Shown: in pieces, positions 1 through 12,478 of the stretch
Position numbering within the stretch: position 1 is the stretch's first letter
Layout: every line of letters begins with the position of its first letter
Source: Felis catus
Taxonomy: Eukaryota
Length of the DNA stretch: 64,000 bases
Assembly (NCBI RefSeq): GCF_018350175.1
Contig: NC_058368.1
Location: 99,822,001 to 99,886,000 of the forward strand
Direction of reading: 5' to 3'
The notes under the pieces: model-generated
Seen by the model: only the letters and a program-made list of their open reading frames with translations
What the model was told of the DNA's origin: nothing
The model's database searches: none
Translations under genes and position numbers: made by a program

Positions 1-589
1 GCTACACGGGTTAAATGGGGAAATGCGTGAAAGCTACTTTAGCATCATGCTTACTGCGTAGAAAATACTCTGTAAATTTCACTTACTATAATAGCAACTG
101 ATTTTCTGTTATGTGCTGAGCACTTTCAGTTATAACACCTGATTTAAATCTTTTCACAAACCTGTAAGAACCATCTAATCTGTTGGTTAGTCTAAGGAGA
201 CTCAGAGTGAAATGAAAGATGCCCAAGGTCACAACTAGGCTACTGAGCAGCTTGCTGGGATTCCCACCCTGACCGTGTTTCCTAGCCCCCGGTTTCCAGC
301 TCTGCACGTCCACCTATTCCGATCAGACACAGAGGCTCATCTGCAGAGTTGGCATCTTCTGTCCTGGACAAACATTTGAGTAGTTCCAGACCAGGATTTC
401 TTAGCTCTATTAAGAAAATAAAACCAAACCGATGTGTCTTTCTCTGATGGCTTATGATCTGAAAATCCCACATAATAATGAAAATAACTATTGTTTTCAA
501 AACTTTGTGTTACACTCAGCTTGAAACCTTTACTAACTCATGAAAGAAAATTAAAACAACAAGGATTCTGCAAAGAAGTAAACAGACCA

Positions 590-800
590 GGGGCACCTGG
601 GTGGCTCAGTCACTTAAGCAACCGACTCTTGGTTTTGGCTCAGATCATGATCTTGAAGTGCATGAGAGAGAGAGAATTACGTATCAGGCTCTGCACTGAC
701 AGTGGAGAGCCTGCTTGGGAATTCTCTCTCTGCCCCCCCCCCCAACATGCTCTGTCTCTATCTCAAGTAAACTTTAAAAACAACAACAACAACAACAAAA
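590..800 (+). mobile_element. CanSINE (feliform SINEC)
   Basis: GGGGCACCTGGGTGGCTCAG head, CT-rich linker, (CAA)n tail; TSD aacagacca 581-589/804-812. Confidence 0.92.
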
Positions 801-1039
801 GGCAACAGACCATGTGACAAAATTACCAATTTTACCAAATTATTTAAAAACTCCACCATCCTTTTACTACAAATAATCTGCTTTTTTATCTGGGAATGTT
901 ACAATTCCCTGTTTAGCCTTATTTCAGATGATTTTGGTATCTCCTAAAGGGGAAAATAAATTTAGTTTTTAAGTATGAGGATTGTCATTTAGTATTTATG
1001 TAACAGACATACAGTTTAAAATTTATTGGAAAAGTGTAA

Positions 1040-1201
1040 TTTTTTTAAGTTTATTTATTTATTTTGAGAGTGCAGCAGGGAGTGGGCAGAGAGGCAGGGA
1101 GAGAATCCCCAGCAAAGGCTTGTTCTCATGAACCATGAGATCATGTCCTGAGCTGAAATCAAGTGTGGGATGCTTAACCAACTGAGTCACCCAGGAACCC
1201 C
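1040..1201 (-). mobile_element. CanSINE, internally deleted
   Basis: Reverse-complement head (actgagtcacccaggaacccc) and T-rich tail. Confidence 0.88.
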
Positions 1202-1372
1202 AAAAGTATAAAAAGTTCTTCAGGTTACTAGCTATTCATCATGTTAGAAGCAATTCCTTGCAACATCATATCTTTAGTCTCCATGCAAAGAAATGAAGAT
1301 AAAGCAAGGCTATTCACTCAATGGGATTCAGTCTGGAGCTCCCAGCATTCAATTTTCTGTTGCAATCCCTAT

Positions 1373-1585
1373 TCCAGGGTTCACAAATTATAGCCTATGG
1401 GTTCTACCTGTTTTTGTGAATAACACTTCATTGGAAACAACAATAATGCTCATTCATTTATATATTATCTATGGCTCCTTCTGCATTATAATGGCAGAAC
1501 TGAGTAGCTGTGACTGAGACCACATAGCCCACACAGCCAAAAATATTTACCACCTGGCCCATTACAGAAAGAGGGTAGACTTCAG
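1373..1585 (+). mobile_element. MER58A-like hAT-Charlie MITE
   Basis: cagggttcacaaattatagcc...gtttttgtgaataa...aaaatatttaccacctggcccattacagaaa, similar to the copy at 49693. Confidence 0.75.
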
Positions 1586-1599
1586 TCTGAGGTGTTCAA

Positions 1600-1863
1600 A
1601 CCTTGTAGCTTCCAAAGAAAGTTCTGGCCTTTGACTGGCCCTGGGAAGATAGCCTCTATGCCTTCGGAATACCCTTTCTGGTAACAGTGTCTTTGTTTAT
1701 TTGAGACCTTGGGCCATGCAAGATAGTTCATGCTAAAACTGTACTTTATTGGAGGGGGGGTGGGTGCGCCTGGGTGGCTCTGTTAGTTAAGGATCTGACT
1801 TCACCTCAGGTCATGATCTCATGGTTCATGAGTTCAAGCCCCACATCTGAGCCTGCCTGGGAC

Positions 1864-1895
<32 letters not shown>

Positions 1896-2340
1896 CTCTT
1901 CCATTTGCCCTCTCTCTGTCTCTCGCTAAAAATAAATAAACTTAAAAAAAAATTTTTTAAATGTGCAATTTATGGTGGGGTCCTTAGGTCACAATGGTCA
2001 GTTTATGACCTCTGGAGAACCTGAAAGACCAATCTCAATAAAAACTCTGAATACCAAGGCTTGAGTAAGTTTCAATAGTTAGCAAGAACTAACCTACATT
2101 GTCATGCATTGTTGCTACAGGAATTAAGCACTGTCCATACAACTCCATTAACAGAGGACAATGGAAGCTTGAGCCTGGTTTCTCTTGGACCCTCTGCACA
2201 TTTTACCTTTGCAGGTTTTAATAGGCATTCTTTGACTGTAATAAACTGTAACTATGAATACAATAGCTTTTCTCAGTTGTGTGAGCTGTTCTGGTAAATC
2301 ATTAGAGCTGGGAGTGATCTTCAGGACCCATGAACTTTGT
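1600..2340. mobile_element. MER21-like LTR interrupted by a SINE
   Basis: Resembles the 42108-42850 element and the recalled MER21 family (tgtgagctgttctggtaaatcatt, aataaactgtaactatg). Confidence 0.55.
1762..1960 (+). mobile_element. CanSINE
   Basis: tRNA-like head, (CT)n, A tail. Confidence 0.92.
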
Positions 2341-2657
2341 GGCTCTTTACAGGAAAAGTATGCCAATTCCAAAATGTCAAATGGAGAAAAAATTATTGTA
2401 CTCGAGTTAATAAAATATATCAAGTTTTTACAGACTTCATATTATTTATTGTTTTTAACTTATTAGCAAACTTTCAAAAAAATTTTTTGGTGTTTTTGCA
2501 AATTTGAATCCCTGAAACAAGACCATTTCATCAGGAACCAGCAACAAGCCAATCTATTTTCCTTAACCCACACAAATCCTCAGTTACATTTTCAACATAT
2601 AATATTGAGAAAAATCATAAGAGTGACCAGTAATGTGCACCCTAAAATGTATATGCA

Positions 2658-2882
2658 GGGACGCCTGGGTGGCTCAGTTGGTTGAGCATCCAACTTCAGC
2701 TCAGGTCACGATCTCAGAGTTCATGGGTTCGAGCCCCACATCGGGCTCTGCGCTGACAGCTCAGGGCCTGGAGTCTGCTTCAGATTTTGTGTCTCCCTCA
2801 CTCTCCACCCCTTCCCTGCTTGCGTGCTGTCTCTCAAAAATAAATAAACATTAAATAAATAAACAAATAAATAAATAAATAA
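2658..2882 (+). mobile_element. SINEC_Fc-type SINE
   Basis: Full head/body and (TAAA)n tail; TSD taaaatgtatatgca/taaaatgtagatgca. Confidence 0.95.
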
Positions 2883-3151
2883 TAAAATGTAGATGCATTT
2901 TCTATAGTGGCAGTGGCTGCTAAGATTTAAGCTTATCAAAAACAGGATGAAGTGAACCTGTCCTTTGAGTGGTCTTTGTTCTCTTTTATTTAACTCATAT
3001 AAAGGTCAAGACAGAGTATTGAAAGCTACATACACATATTGCACTTTCTTGTCTTCAAGTAATATAATGTTCCAATGATACATTTATAAAAGGAAAAAAA
3101 CAAATTCAGACCTAGCTAAGAAAAGACTTTATTCAAAAGTATCATTTCAGT

Positions 3152-3172
3152 GGGGGGGGGGGGGGGGGGGGG
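3152..3172 (+). repeat. G21 homopolymer
   Basis: 21 consecutive G read directly. Confidence 0.9.
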
Positions 3173-3339
3173 ACAATGGCAATAGGGAGAAAGTTCTGAT
3201 GTGCAAGCTTCTCCAAAGGTAAACAAAAAGGGAGGAGTAGATTATGCTGGAAAGAGCCAGGAGTGGGGTATTAGGCACAATTTTCCAAAGGAAACAGAAA
3301 GAGTAGGATGTATATAGTTATACTAGAGCAAACTGGAGA

Positions 3340-3715
3340 AGCACAAAAGGCAGTGGGGTCATTCAGTCAGAGTCGGAAGGCCTGAGAGTCAAGGGGCCCA
3401 GGTGTAAGCCCTGGTCTGAATTCAAAGTGCCATAAACAGGAGCACCTGTGTTCAAGGGCAGAGCATGGATGTCTGAGCTCAAACAAAGAGTCAAAGTCAT
3501 CCTTGCTCTGCCTTTTTGTTCTATTCAGGCCCTCAGGGATCAGATGATGCCCACATGCACTCGTGAGCTCAGACTTCCTCATTCGGTCTCCTGATTCAAA
3601 CACTAATCTCTTCCAGGGACGCTGTCCCAGAAACATCCAGAAACAGTGTTTTACCAGCTCTCTGGGCATCCATTCCCTAGCCTTGTCAAGTGGACACATA
3701 CAAGTAACTATCACA
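3340..3715 (-). mobile_element. MLT2 (ERVL) LTR fragment
   Basis: Ends gtcaagtggacacatacaagtaactatcaca, the reverse complement of the MLT2 start TGTGATGGTTAATTTTATGTGTCAACTTGAC. Confidence 0.8.
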
Positions 3716-4221
3716 TGCGACAAAGCAGGATGAATGCGGGTAGCACGATCTAACTACAGATAAGACACTGCTGTACATCCTAGTCAGCCAATTCTCAGGA
3801 AAGGCTGTATGCTGGCTCAAGCTGAAAGTGGGTCAAAGTTCAGGGGCCCAGGGGAAGGAGAGACATATAAAGTCCGATTCACAAATATTTTGCTCTAAGT
3901 GACCTTTGGGGCAAAACAAATTAGCTAATCACATGTCTGGCCTTGTCACAGGCATTCATGGGTCTTAAGTCATAAGGGGTAGGATGTTTCTTTGTGCTAA
4001 GTCATTTTACAGACATAAAGATGGATATTTCTTAATCCTCACTGTATTCCAAGATTATGGAGCTCAGTCAAATGCAGCATTGTCAGATCACACAATTAAC
4101 AACAGCAACAAAATCATTTAGGTCACGTGGTGCTGCATGACATCGGCAATATCGCGAGTGAATGTAATGGGACAACTGAATTCATTTGGGGGGAAAGACC
4201 AGATATAGAAAAATGGTGCTA

Positions 4222-4433
4222 GGGGCGCCTGGGTGGCTCAGTCGGTTAAGCGTCAGACTTCGGTCAGGTCATGATCTCATGGCTTGTGAGTTGGAGCTCC
4301 GCGTCGGGCTCTGTGCTGACACCTCGGAACCTGGAGCCTGCTTCAGATTCTGTGTCTCCCTTTCTCTCTCTGACCCTCCCCCATTCATGCTGTCTCTCTC
4401 TGTCTCAAAAATAAATACAAACATTAAAAAAAA
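4222..4433 (+). mobile_element. SINEC_Fc-type SINE, young
   Basis: Perfect 15-bp TSD AGAAAAATGGTGCTA 4207-4221/4434-4448. Confidence 0.96.
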
Positions 4434-4829
4434 AGAAAAATGGTGCTAATAATGTTTTAGCCTAAAGGAATAACTTCAAAGACATTTTAGTATTAAGGCA
4501 TTTCAGGAGTAGAAATGTTCTGTTAAAATAAGGAGAAAATAAGCTTTATGTTTTACTGATGCAGCAAGAAAACCTGAGCTTCTAGTGGATAATCACATGG
4601 AAAGGGTGGCAACAGAAAGGAAAGGGAGCCATTGCTGAACACCCCCCACTTAGTTCAGGGGATCAGCTTAGAACAAGAAACTGCTACACTTTACATCTTT
4701 TTCTTACATTTCTTTATATGTGCAAATCAAAGGATGTAGTAAAGTGAATTTTAGTAATGCCAGTAGTGAGTAAATCTTTAGAATTTGGAGAAAATCATAT
4801 ATCATATTTCTACCTAATTATCATTTATA

Positions 4830-5640
4830 TGAAAAATAAAGATCAGTGAGTATGTGCTCTGAGCCAGGCACTAGTCTAGGGGGTCATGTTCTTGTGAAAA
4901 AAGACAAAGCTCTAACTTTGTCTTCCAGGGGAGAAGAAAGAAAGAAAAACAAAGATGTCAATAAAGAGTCGTATAATTACAGTTGTTCGTAGTTACAGAT
5001 CATTGAATTGTGTTCCCCCAAAATTCATAGGAGTCATATGGGAATCCTAACCCCCAGTACCTCAGAGTGTGACTGTATTTGGAGATAGGGTCTTTAAGAG
5101 GTAATTAAGTTAAAATGAGGTCATTAGGGTAGGTCCTAATCCAGTAGGACCAGTATCTTTATAAGAGGAAAGCTGAACACGAATGGATTCTATCTCACTA
5201 CGTGAGACATATTGAGAAGATGGAGATGGCCATACACCGGTCAAGGAAAGAAGCCTCAGAAGAAACGATCCCGGAATTCTTAACCCCCAGAACTGTGAGA
5301 AAATAAACTTCTGTAGTTTAAGCCACTAAGTCTGTGTGGTACTTTGTTAGGGCAGTGCTAGCAAAGAGTCATGATAAATGTCATGTGGAAAGAAAACCAT
5401 GATGCAATAAAACATGATTGATGGAAAGAAGTCTGGCGGGGAAGTGGCATGGCTTGGTTTGAAAAGTCAGAGGAGGCCTTTGTAAAGAGATGACATTGCA
5501 AAATGAAGAAATCATACCAAACACAGTGCAGTCATGTTGCTGGGAAAGAAGACTGATCGTAGAGCCCCAAAGAACACAGATGAGGCCAACATGGCCCAAG
5601 GAGGTGAGAGAGAGTGGTCTGAGATGACCTTGGAGAGGTC
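4830..5640 (-). mobile_element. L2 fragments flanking an MLT1 LTR
   Basis: gagtatgtgctctgagccaggcactagtctagg and gaaaagtcagaggaggcc...gagatgacatt resemble antisense L2 3' sequence. Confidence 0.55.
4995..5368 (+). mobile_element. MLT1A/B-type MaLR solo LTR
   Basis: gaattgtgttcccccaaaattcata...cccagtacctcagagtgtgactgtatttggagatagggtcttta...tttaagccactaagtctgtgtggtactttgtta. Confidence 0.88.
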
Positions 5641-7209
5641 ATACTTAAATTTGGTTCCTTGATACTGGGAATCTCTCAAACAGCAGGAGGATCAGCCGAG
5701 GCCTACAGATCATAGTTCCACTTCATTCACACTTTTGGAATCCATACAAATAAATAGGGGCTGCCAAAGCTAGGAACCAGGCAAAAACTGAACAGAGAGC
5801 CGAGGACCTATACTTTACTTTCAGAGTGTAAAGGCTCATAAAAAACACAATGAGACTTGGACAGGCTTCATCACCCAGAGAGTGTATTCTATAGTCTATC
5901 TCAAGTTGATTACCTTTGAAACATACAGAAAATAGAGTGCTATATGGAAAAAACACAGAATAAAAATTGATTCAGGGACGTACAGGAACAGAGTCATATA
6001 AACACTACATTAGGTAATTCGTGCCCAAAGGCATGTTTCCAAAATTGTGTTTATGATCTCAAATAACCTAAGGGAATTAATGGTTAAAAGAAGAAGAAAA
6101 AGAAAACTCTCACATAAAAATGCCTTCCTATCACCTCAACTCCCACATAGACAGGACTAAACAGACTTTGAAAACCCAGCCCAACTGCATGTCTAGGAAA
6201 ATGTTCACTTTAAAAAAATTATTTCTCAAGGCAGGCATCTCAAACCCTTTAGGATTATGAGAAGAAATGAAATTTATACTGAAATTATATATAAACTGTG
6301 TCAAGGATGGAAACTACATGACAGATTTCTCTTTTCTCCAATTTGTCTCTGAGACTTGTGATGAATATCGCCAATCATGTTTGACCCTCTCATAGCCTAC
6401 TTCAGGCACCCGAATGGGAATAATGCAATGGGGATTGTAAAACGGGGGGCTATTGTTTGCACTATTTGAATATTTTTCTCTTTGGCATCTGTAGCTGTGT
6501 GACATGAGTAGAGTCAGCCTAAGGCCTCTGTCCTAAATGGGGATGAACAGAGGGTTAACAACTTGTTATAGCAAGAACCTAAAGAGAGAAAAAAGATAAT
6601 CCACTTCTCTCTGCTCTAAGACAATAGTGTCGTTATAGGAAAAACAAATGCTCTGAATTGCTTTATCTGTCATTTTGGAATTGGGATGCAGGCTTGGTGG
6701 CCTTGATACAGAAGATTTATTGTATAATGTTGGCCAAATAGCAAGCAGAAGATGGTAAGATTTCAGTTCTCATAGAAGCAGATACTCAGACACATGCCTG
6801 CTATCCTTCCTCATGGCCAAAATCAAAGAAAGGGGAGTTACAAAGTTTGAAAAAATGAGGATTCTGAAGTCGACTGTCATATAAACTACACCCAAGCAAA
6901 TCTAGAAACAGCCATATCAGAATAAGATAAGCAATGAGGCAAAGACTGAGCCTCCTTTAGTACCCATGTGGCATGGTATACATAAACTTACAGATGTCAT
7001 ATGGCCCATGGGCACACAGGAGATAGCTGAGTTGACACTCTCTGGGCCTGCCCCTGGCAGTCTCCTGCAGCAAAACAGAGGGACATCCCAAGGCAAAAAC
7101 TAAGAGTCTAACAGACCAGGTTAGGGAGTTTATCCTGCCACAGGCAGCCAAGGTTAGCTGCGAAAAACGTGGGAATTGCCTTGACACAACATAGAAATAG
7201 ACTAGCTGT

Positions 7210-7435
7210 GGGGCGCCTGGGTAGCTCAGGTGGTTGAGCTTCCGACTCTTGGTTCCAGCTCAAGTCATGATCTCACTGTTTGTGAGTTCGAGTCCTGTGT
7301 CAGGCTCTGTGGTGCTGGTGAGGAGCCTGCTTGAGATTCTCTGTCTCCCCCTCTCTCCCTGCTCCGCCCCTGCTCACTCTAGCTCTCTCTCTCTCCCAAA
7401 ATAAACTTAAAAAAATTTCTTTTTAATGTCTTTAA
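7210..7435 (+). mobile_element. CanSINE
   Basis: Head GGGGCGCCTGGGTAGCTCAG, (CT)n, A tail; degenerate TSD. Confidence 0.93.
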
Positions 7436-7863
7436 AAAGAAAGAGGCCAGCTGTTATTAGTTAGGCAGTTATCCACACCAGGTATATTCAGCAGATACCA
7501 GCAAGAGGACACATGTCATTCCCTTTCCCTTATGACCAAATGGCAGCTTGAAAAGAAATGTGGAAGAGGGTAGAGTTCTAAGACTGAGCGTTTATCTAAA
7601 AGATTCTTTCATTATTACATTAGATTAAATTACCAGTTTGCAGTCAAATCTCTGGCTGCCATCCCCATTTACAGCAAGATATTTATGATGAAAATTCAAA
7701 TGATTAATTTTTTTATTATTTAAAAAGAGGCTGTATTTTCTTTGCCCCTGTCAATATAAATAAATATGTGAATCCACTAAACAATAAGCTGGAGATCTTA
7801 AAGTGTGTGGGCCAAGTCTTTTTCTTGGATGGTGCTAACATGAGTGTCAAAAATGTATATCTT

Positions 7864-8090
7864 GGGGCACCTGGATGATTCAGTCCATTAAGTGTCCAAC
7901 TTTAGGCCAGGTCATGATCTCACAGTTCGTGAGATCCTGAGTTCAAGCCCCACATTGGGCTCTCCACTGTCAGAGCAGAGCTCCCTTCTGATCCTCTGTC
8001 GCCCTCTCTCTCTGCCCCCCCCCGCCCCCCGTTCGCATGAGTGCTCTCTCTCTTTCTCTCTCTCTCAAAAATAAATATTTAAAATAAATG
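7864..8090 (+). mobile_element. CanSINE
   Basis: Head, (CT)n, tail caaaaataaat. Confidence 0.92.
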
Positions 8091-9719
8091 TGTCTCTAGA
8101 ACTTTTTTTTTTCTATGTATATTTACCTGGCTCATCTCCAAAACCACTTCACACTGACACATCCTATCTGTAAAAGGTTACTTCAGACAGATTATATCAG
8201 GTCTAGCATCTCGGAAGACAATACCTTTTTTTTCAGGTATTGTTTTCCTAATGTCCAGGGTGTTGATTAAATTTTAACTCTCAAAGACTAATCCACTTCC
8301 TTGATCTCAAAGTTCTTCAGATGGGGTAGGAAGTGCGAAGGATACTGCCAAATCCACAATAAAATTTATCACATTAAGTTAGCTTTCAGTCAAATTAGAC
8401 TTATTCACAGAAGTATCACACAAATAACACTTTTGATCATAAACATAAAGATATACAGAGACTGGCCATGGGTTCATCAAAGCGCTGTAAACAACCTTTT
8501 ATCTTCCCCTATGATTCTGAATTTATAAGGCTCCAATTACTCTCTCTCCTGCTCAATCTTGGTATCCCTCCCTCCCTTTTTCCTGCCTTTACAGACACAC
8601 ATAGTTTCTCATTATTTTTGTAATTGGATTCTCTGTTTTTATGTTGTAGACATCCGAATCCTCCCATGGGTAGACAGGATTCACTTTGACTTCCGCTTTT
8701 ATCTCTGGTTTCAAAAGAAGTTCTTCATGATGAGAAAAGACAACCACATGTACTTTTATGTAAAGCCATGCATTCCTAAATTCTGCAAACAGCATAATTT
8801 AGTATTATGAAAGTGTATGCTCTGTTCAGATATTTATTGTTTCTCTGAGAAATGCCATTCTTATACAGCAATTCACATTAGTATTCCTAGTGGGCTAGGA
8901 ATAGACCTTCCAAAAGGTAAGAACAAAAACTAAGTATTTCTTCATTTCTTCAAGGTAACGGCAGTTTTTGAAGTTATACTGCAAATGCTTGAATGGATAA
9001 GGAAACTAAAACTGAGAGGCAACAAACACAGGAGTGCCTGTGAAAGGTTTGCTTAGATAGTCTCCATTTTAGAGAGGGTACCATAATTTCATTTATCATT
9101 GCACGCACAGAGCTCATACATGCATATTTAACTATTATTACTTTACTTATCAAGTTAATCACAAAAACATCAGATTTGTTAGTTTTATTGACAAATAATA
9201 AAAAAGAAACTTTATCTAGCAGCGTGCAAGAATGAATCACTTAAACCAAGTAGTATGCAATGTCCTGGTCATTCAATCTTATGAAGCAGAAAGCCCAATA
9301 GACCAAGGTCCTTGGTTGTAGCTCCATTTCTTCAGGTAACTTTGTTATCTTTGTCACAGACCACGTAACTGGTCAGCAATTTTCTCATCTGTCAAGAGGG
9401 TAACGTTGAGTCTGCAAGTCCCTTTCCAAGTCTGTAAACTTGTGGCTCGCTATGTCAGACTAATGAATAACATGAAAAGGTATCTAAACAGGATTAGAGT
9501 TGGTTACAATGCAAAAGAAAAAGACAGCCTTTTCTCATTTGGATTCTAAAATTGAAGCCATGTATTAAAAAAAAAATGTTTGATTGTGTATGGGACCTGC
9601 ATGGTGGCTGACTATCCCTCTCTCTCTCTCTCTCTGTCAAATTAGACTTCTTCACAGAAGTATCACACAAATAGTATACGTATACATGAATACATACATA
9701 CATACATATGCACCCATTT

Positions 9720-10125
9720 ATACCCATGTCCTAATCCTTAGAACCTCTGACTGTTACCTTAGTTGAAAAAAGGGTCTTTGCAGATGTGATTCAGTTAAAG
9801 ATCTGAGGAGAGAGATAAGAGAGGAGGAGTTTATCCTGGAGGACCCAGCTGGGCTTTAGATCAGTCACAGAAACAAAGCGAGGCAGAGAGAGTTTGGAAA
9901 AGATAAACGGAGAAGACACAGAAAACGGGAGGAGGCAACAAGAAGAACACAGAGCCTTGAGTGATGTGCTCTCAAGCCAAAGAAGGCAAGCAAGATGCAA
10001 GAACTAAGGAAGGTTTTCTCCAACGGAGCATCAAAGGGAGTGTGGCTCTGCCCACACTGGCCTCCAGAACTGTCAGCTACCAAGTTTCTGGTAATTTGTT
10101 ACAGCAGCCTTGGAAAACTACTATA
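9720..10125 (+). mobile_element. MLT1C/D-type MaLR LTR with altered 5' end
   Basis: catgtcctaatccttagaacctctgactgttacctta...gggtctttgcagatgtgatt...ggtaatttgttacagcagccttggaaaactactata. Confidence 0.82.
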
Positions 10126-10679
10126 GGTAGGTTTGCTGAGAATTATTTATTGGCAGGATAGCGGTGACCTTCTCCTTGCTTGACCTTCTACATCCCTTGG
10201 AGCAAGGTCCTCCTACTCAGGGAGCTGAGCTGGGATCCAAGCAGCTGCTAGTGCATTTTGTGGTCCACACTCATATTTCTACCTAGACTTAATTCTTTAT
10301 TTCTGAACCCTCCTTGTTTGGTGTCTGGTTTTATCCAAAATAGCAGCGGTTACTTAATATTTTCAAGGGCTTATCATTCAGTGATGTTTGAAGAGGCAAA
10401 AGGGGAACATTCCCCAGCTTTCAGAGAAAACTTAAAAAAAAATTAGCTTCAAGTTATCATACGTAATAATTCATACTACACAAATTGGGGAGAACCAAAA
10501 AGCAGTATTTCTCAGGTTTCTTATCGAAAATTTCTGATTGCTACCTCTGTGGGCTGCCTACCCCTAACTCTCTTAACCTCATAACTCGCAGACATGCTTT
10601 TATCTTTCATTTCCTAACCCTTACCCTTTGCATGGATAACTGTACTACTTTTTCCTAAATAACAGGATCTATAACTTTA

Positions 10680-10891
10680 ATTTTTTTTAATGTTTATTTT
10701 TGAGAGAGAAAGAAAGAGACAGAACTCGAATGGGGGAGGGGCAGAGAGAGAGGGAGACACAGTCTCTGAAGCAAACTCCATGCTCAGAGCTTTCAGTACA
10801 GAGCCAGATGCGGGGCTTGAACTCGGGAACAGGGAGATCATGACCTGAGCCAAAGTCGGACGCTTAACAGACTGAGCCAACCAGGTGCCCC
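10680..10891 (-). mobile_element. SINEC_Fc-type SINE
   Basis: Reverse-complement SINE with TSD tataacttta. Confidence 0.95.
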
Positions 10892-11836
10892 TATAACTTA
10901 TATTCCTTCTCATGACTTGGTTCCTTTTATGTGTTGAATGTTGATATTGATTCTATTCATTATCCTCCTTCAGTAATGGCCTAAACCTCCCCAACCAACG
11001 TGCAGGCAAACACAAAGCAAGATGTTAACTTAGCTTTTCCCAGGAGGCTCCATGTAAAGTAATTATATCTAAATAATCACATGGTGGTGATTCTAAGCAG
11101 AACAGTCCATCCAAACAAACAAACAAAAAAATGTAGATGCAAAAGTGCACGGAGACAGCTATTTCCAAGAAAGCGCTTGAGAAACACATTGATGGCTCAT
11201 ATCCTAGAAGTTGTTAGCTCGAGTTGTTCCATTAATAAACCCAGTAATACTTCTTGGGATAACAATCCCCACTCACCCCATTACCACCTCATTTTTCTAA
11301 GTGCATTCAATATAGTATAGGTTTTGAAAGGAATCTAAACTGACTTTCCTCCTAGAAATTAAAACGGGAAAAAAAAAGGCCTCTAGAACACATCGGATAT
11401 GATATGTTTTTCAATTAGTTGGTTTGTATTTGGTTTGGATCGGGAAGAAGAGAGCAATTTTCACCAATATAATCTCACTAATCTCCAAGTTATCTATCTG
11501 AGAGAGAAAAGAGACATAGCAGGTTATTTATTTTCTGTTCAGTGAATTCTTGTGTCATTCCCTTGCAGTTTAATGAACAGTTTCTCCAAATCCTGAGAGG
11601 AGTTGAAGTGTTTATTTCAGCAAATAATATGTTTGCAGAAGCACACATCATTACCGAAATCTTTCCTGGGAAACTTCCCTGGTGACATAGTGTGGCCTCT
11701 TAGTCCACAGTGCAGAAGAAGGTCGTAAGAAAGCACATTGATATTTTGCCCAATGCTGCATTTTCCTCACTAATAACAGAGTACTGGAACCCAGCAAAGC
11801 ATTTATACTTCTAAATTAATAGATTTTAAAACTATA

Positions 11837-12230
11837 GGTCAGGCAGAGAAAGACAGATATCATATGTTTTCACTCGTATGTGGAATTTGAGAAACTTAAC
11901 AGAAAACCATAGGGGAAGAGAAGGGGAAAAAAAGAGTTTCAAACAGAGAGGGAGGCAAACCATAAGAGATTCTTAAATATAGAGAACAAACTGAGGGTGG
12001 ATTGGGGTGGGGGGGGGGGTGCCAGGGCGAGGAAAATGGGTGACAGGCATTGAGGAGGACACTTGTGGGGACGAGCGCTGGGTGTTGTATATAAGCGATG
12101 AATCATGGGAATCTACCCTCAAAACCAACAACATGCTGTATACACTGTATGTTAGCTAACTTGACAATAAACTGTATTTTTAAAATAAGAAAAATTAAGA
12201 ATTAAAAATTTAAAAATATAAAATAAATTT
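11837..12230 (+). mobile_element. Carnivore L1 3' end (5'-truncated) with A-rich tail
   Basis: gtcaggcagagaaagacagatatcatatgttttcactcgtatgtggaat...cactgtatgttagctaacttgacaataaa. Confidence 0.9.
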
Positions 12231-12247
12231 TAAAAACTATTAGTTTT

Positions 12248-12435
12248 GGGGCGCCTGGGTGGCGCAGTCAGTTAAGCGTCCGACTTCAGCCAGGTCACGA
12301 TCTCGCGGTCTGTGAGTTCCAGCCCCGCGTCAGGCTCTAGGCTGATGGCTCAGAGCCTGGAGGCTGTTTCCGATTCTGTGTCTCCCTCTCTCTCTGCCCC
12401 ACCCCCGTTCATGCTCTGTCTCTCTCTGTCCCAAA

Positions 12436-12466
<31 letters not shown>

Positions 12467-12478
12467 ACGTTGAAAAAA
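12248..12478 (+). mobile_element. SINEC_Fc SINE, young subfamily
   Basis: CpG-rich (ggtggcgcagtc, gtcacgatctcgcggtc); perfect 16-bp TSD AAAAACTATTAGTTTT 12232-12247/12479-12494. Confidence 0.97.

Noticed and set aside
8589..8795. Minus-strand ORF after a tgtttgcag acceptor-like site
   Set aside because: No donor, no recognisable protein and no linked exons.
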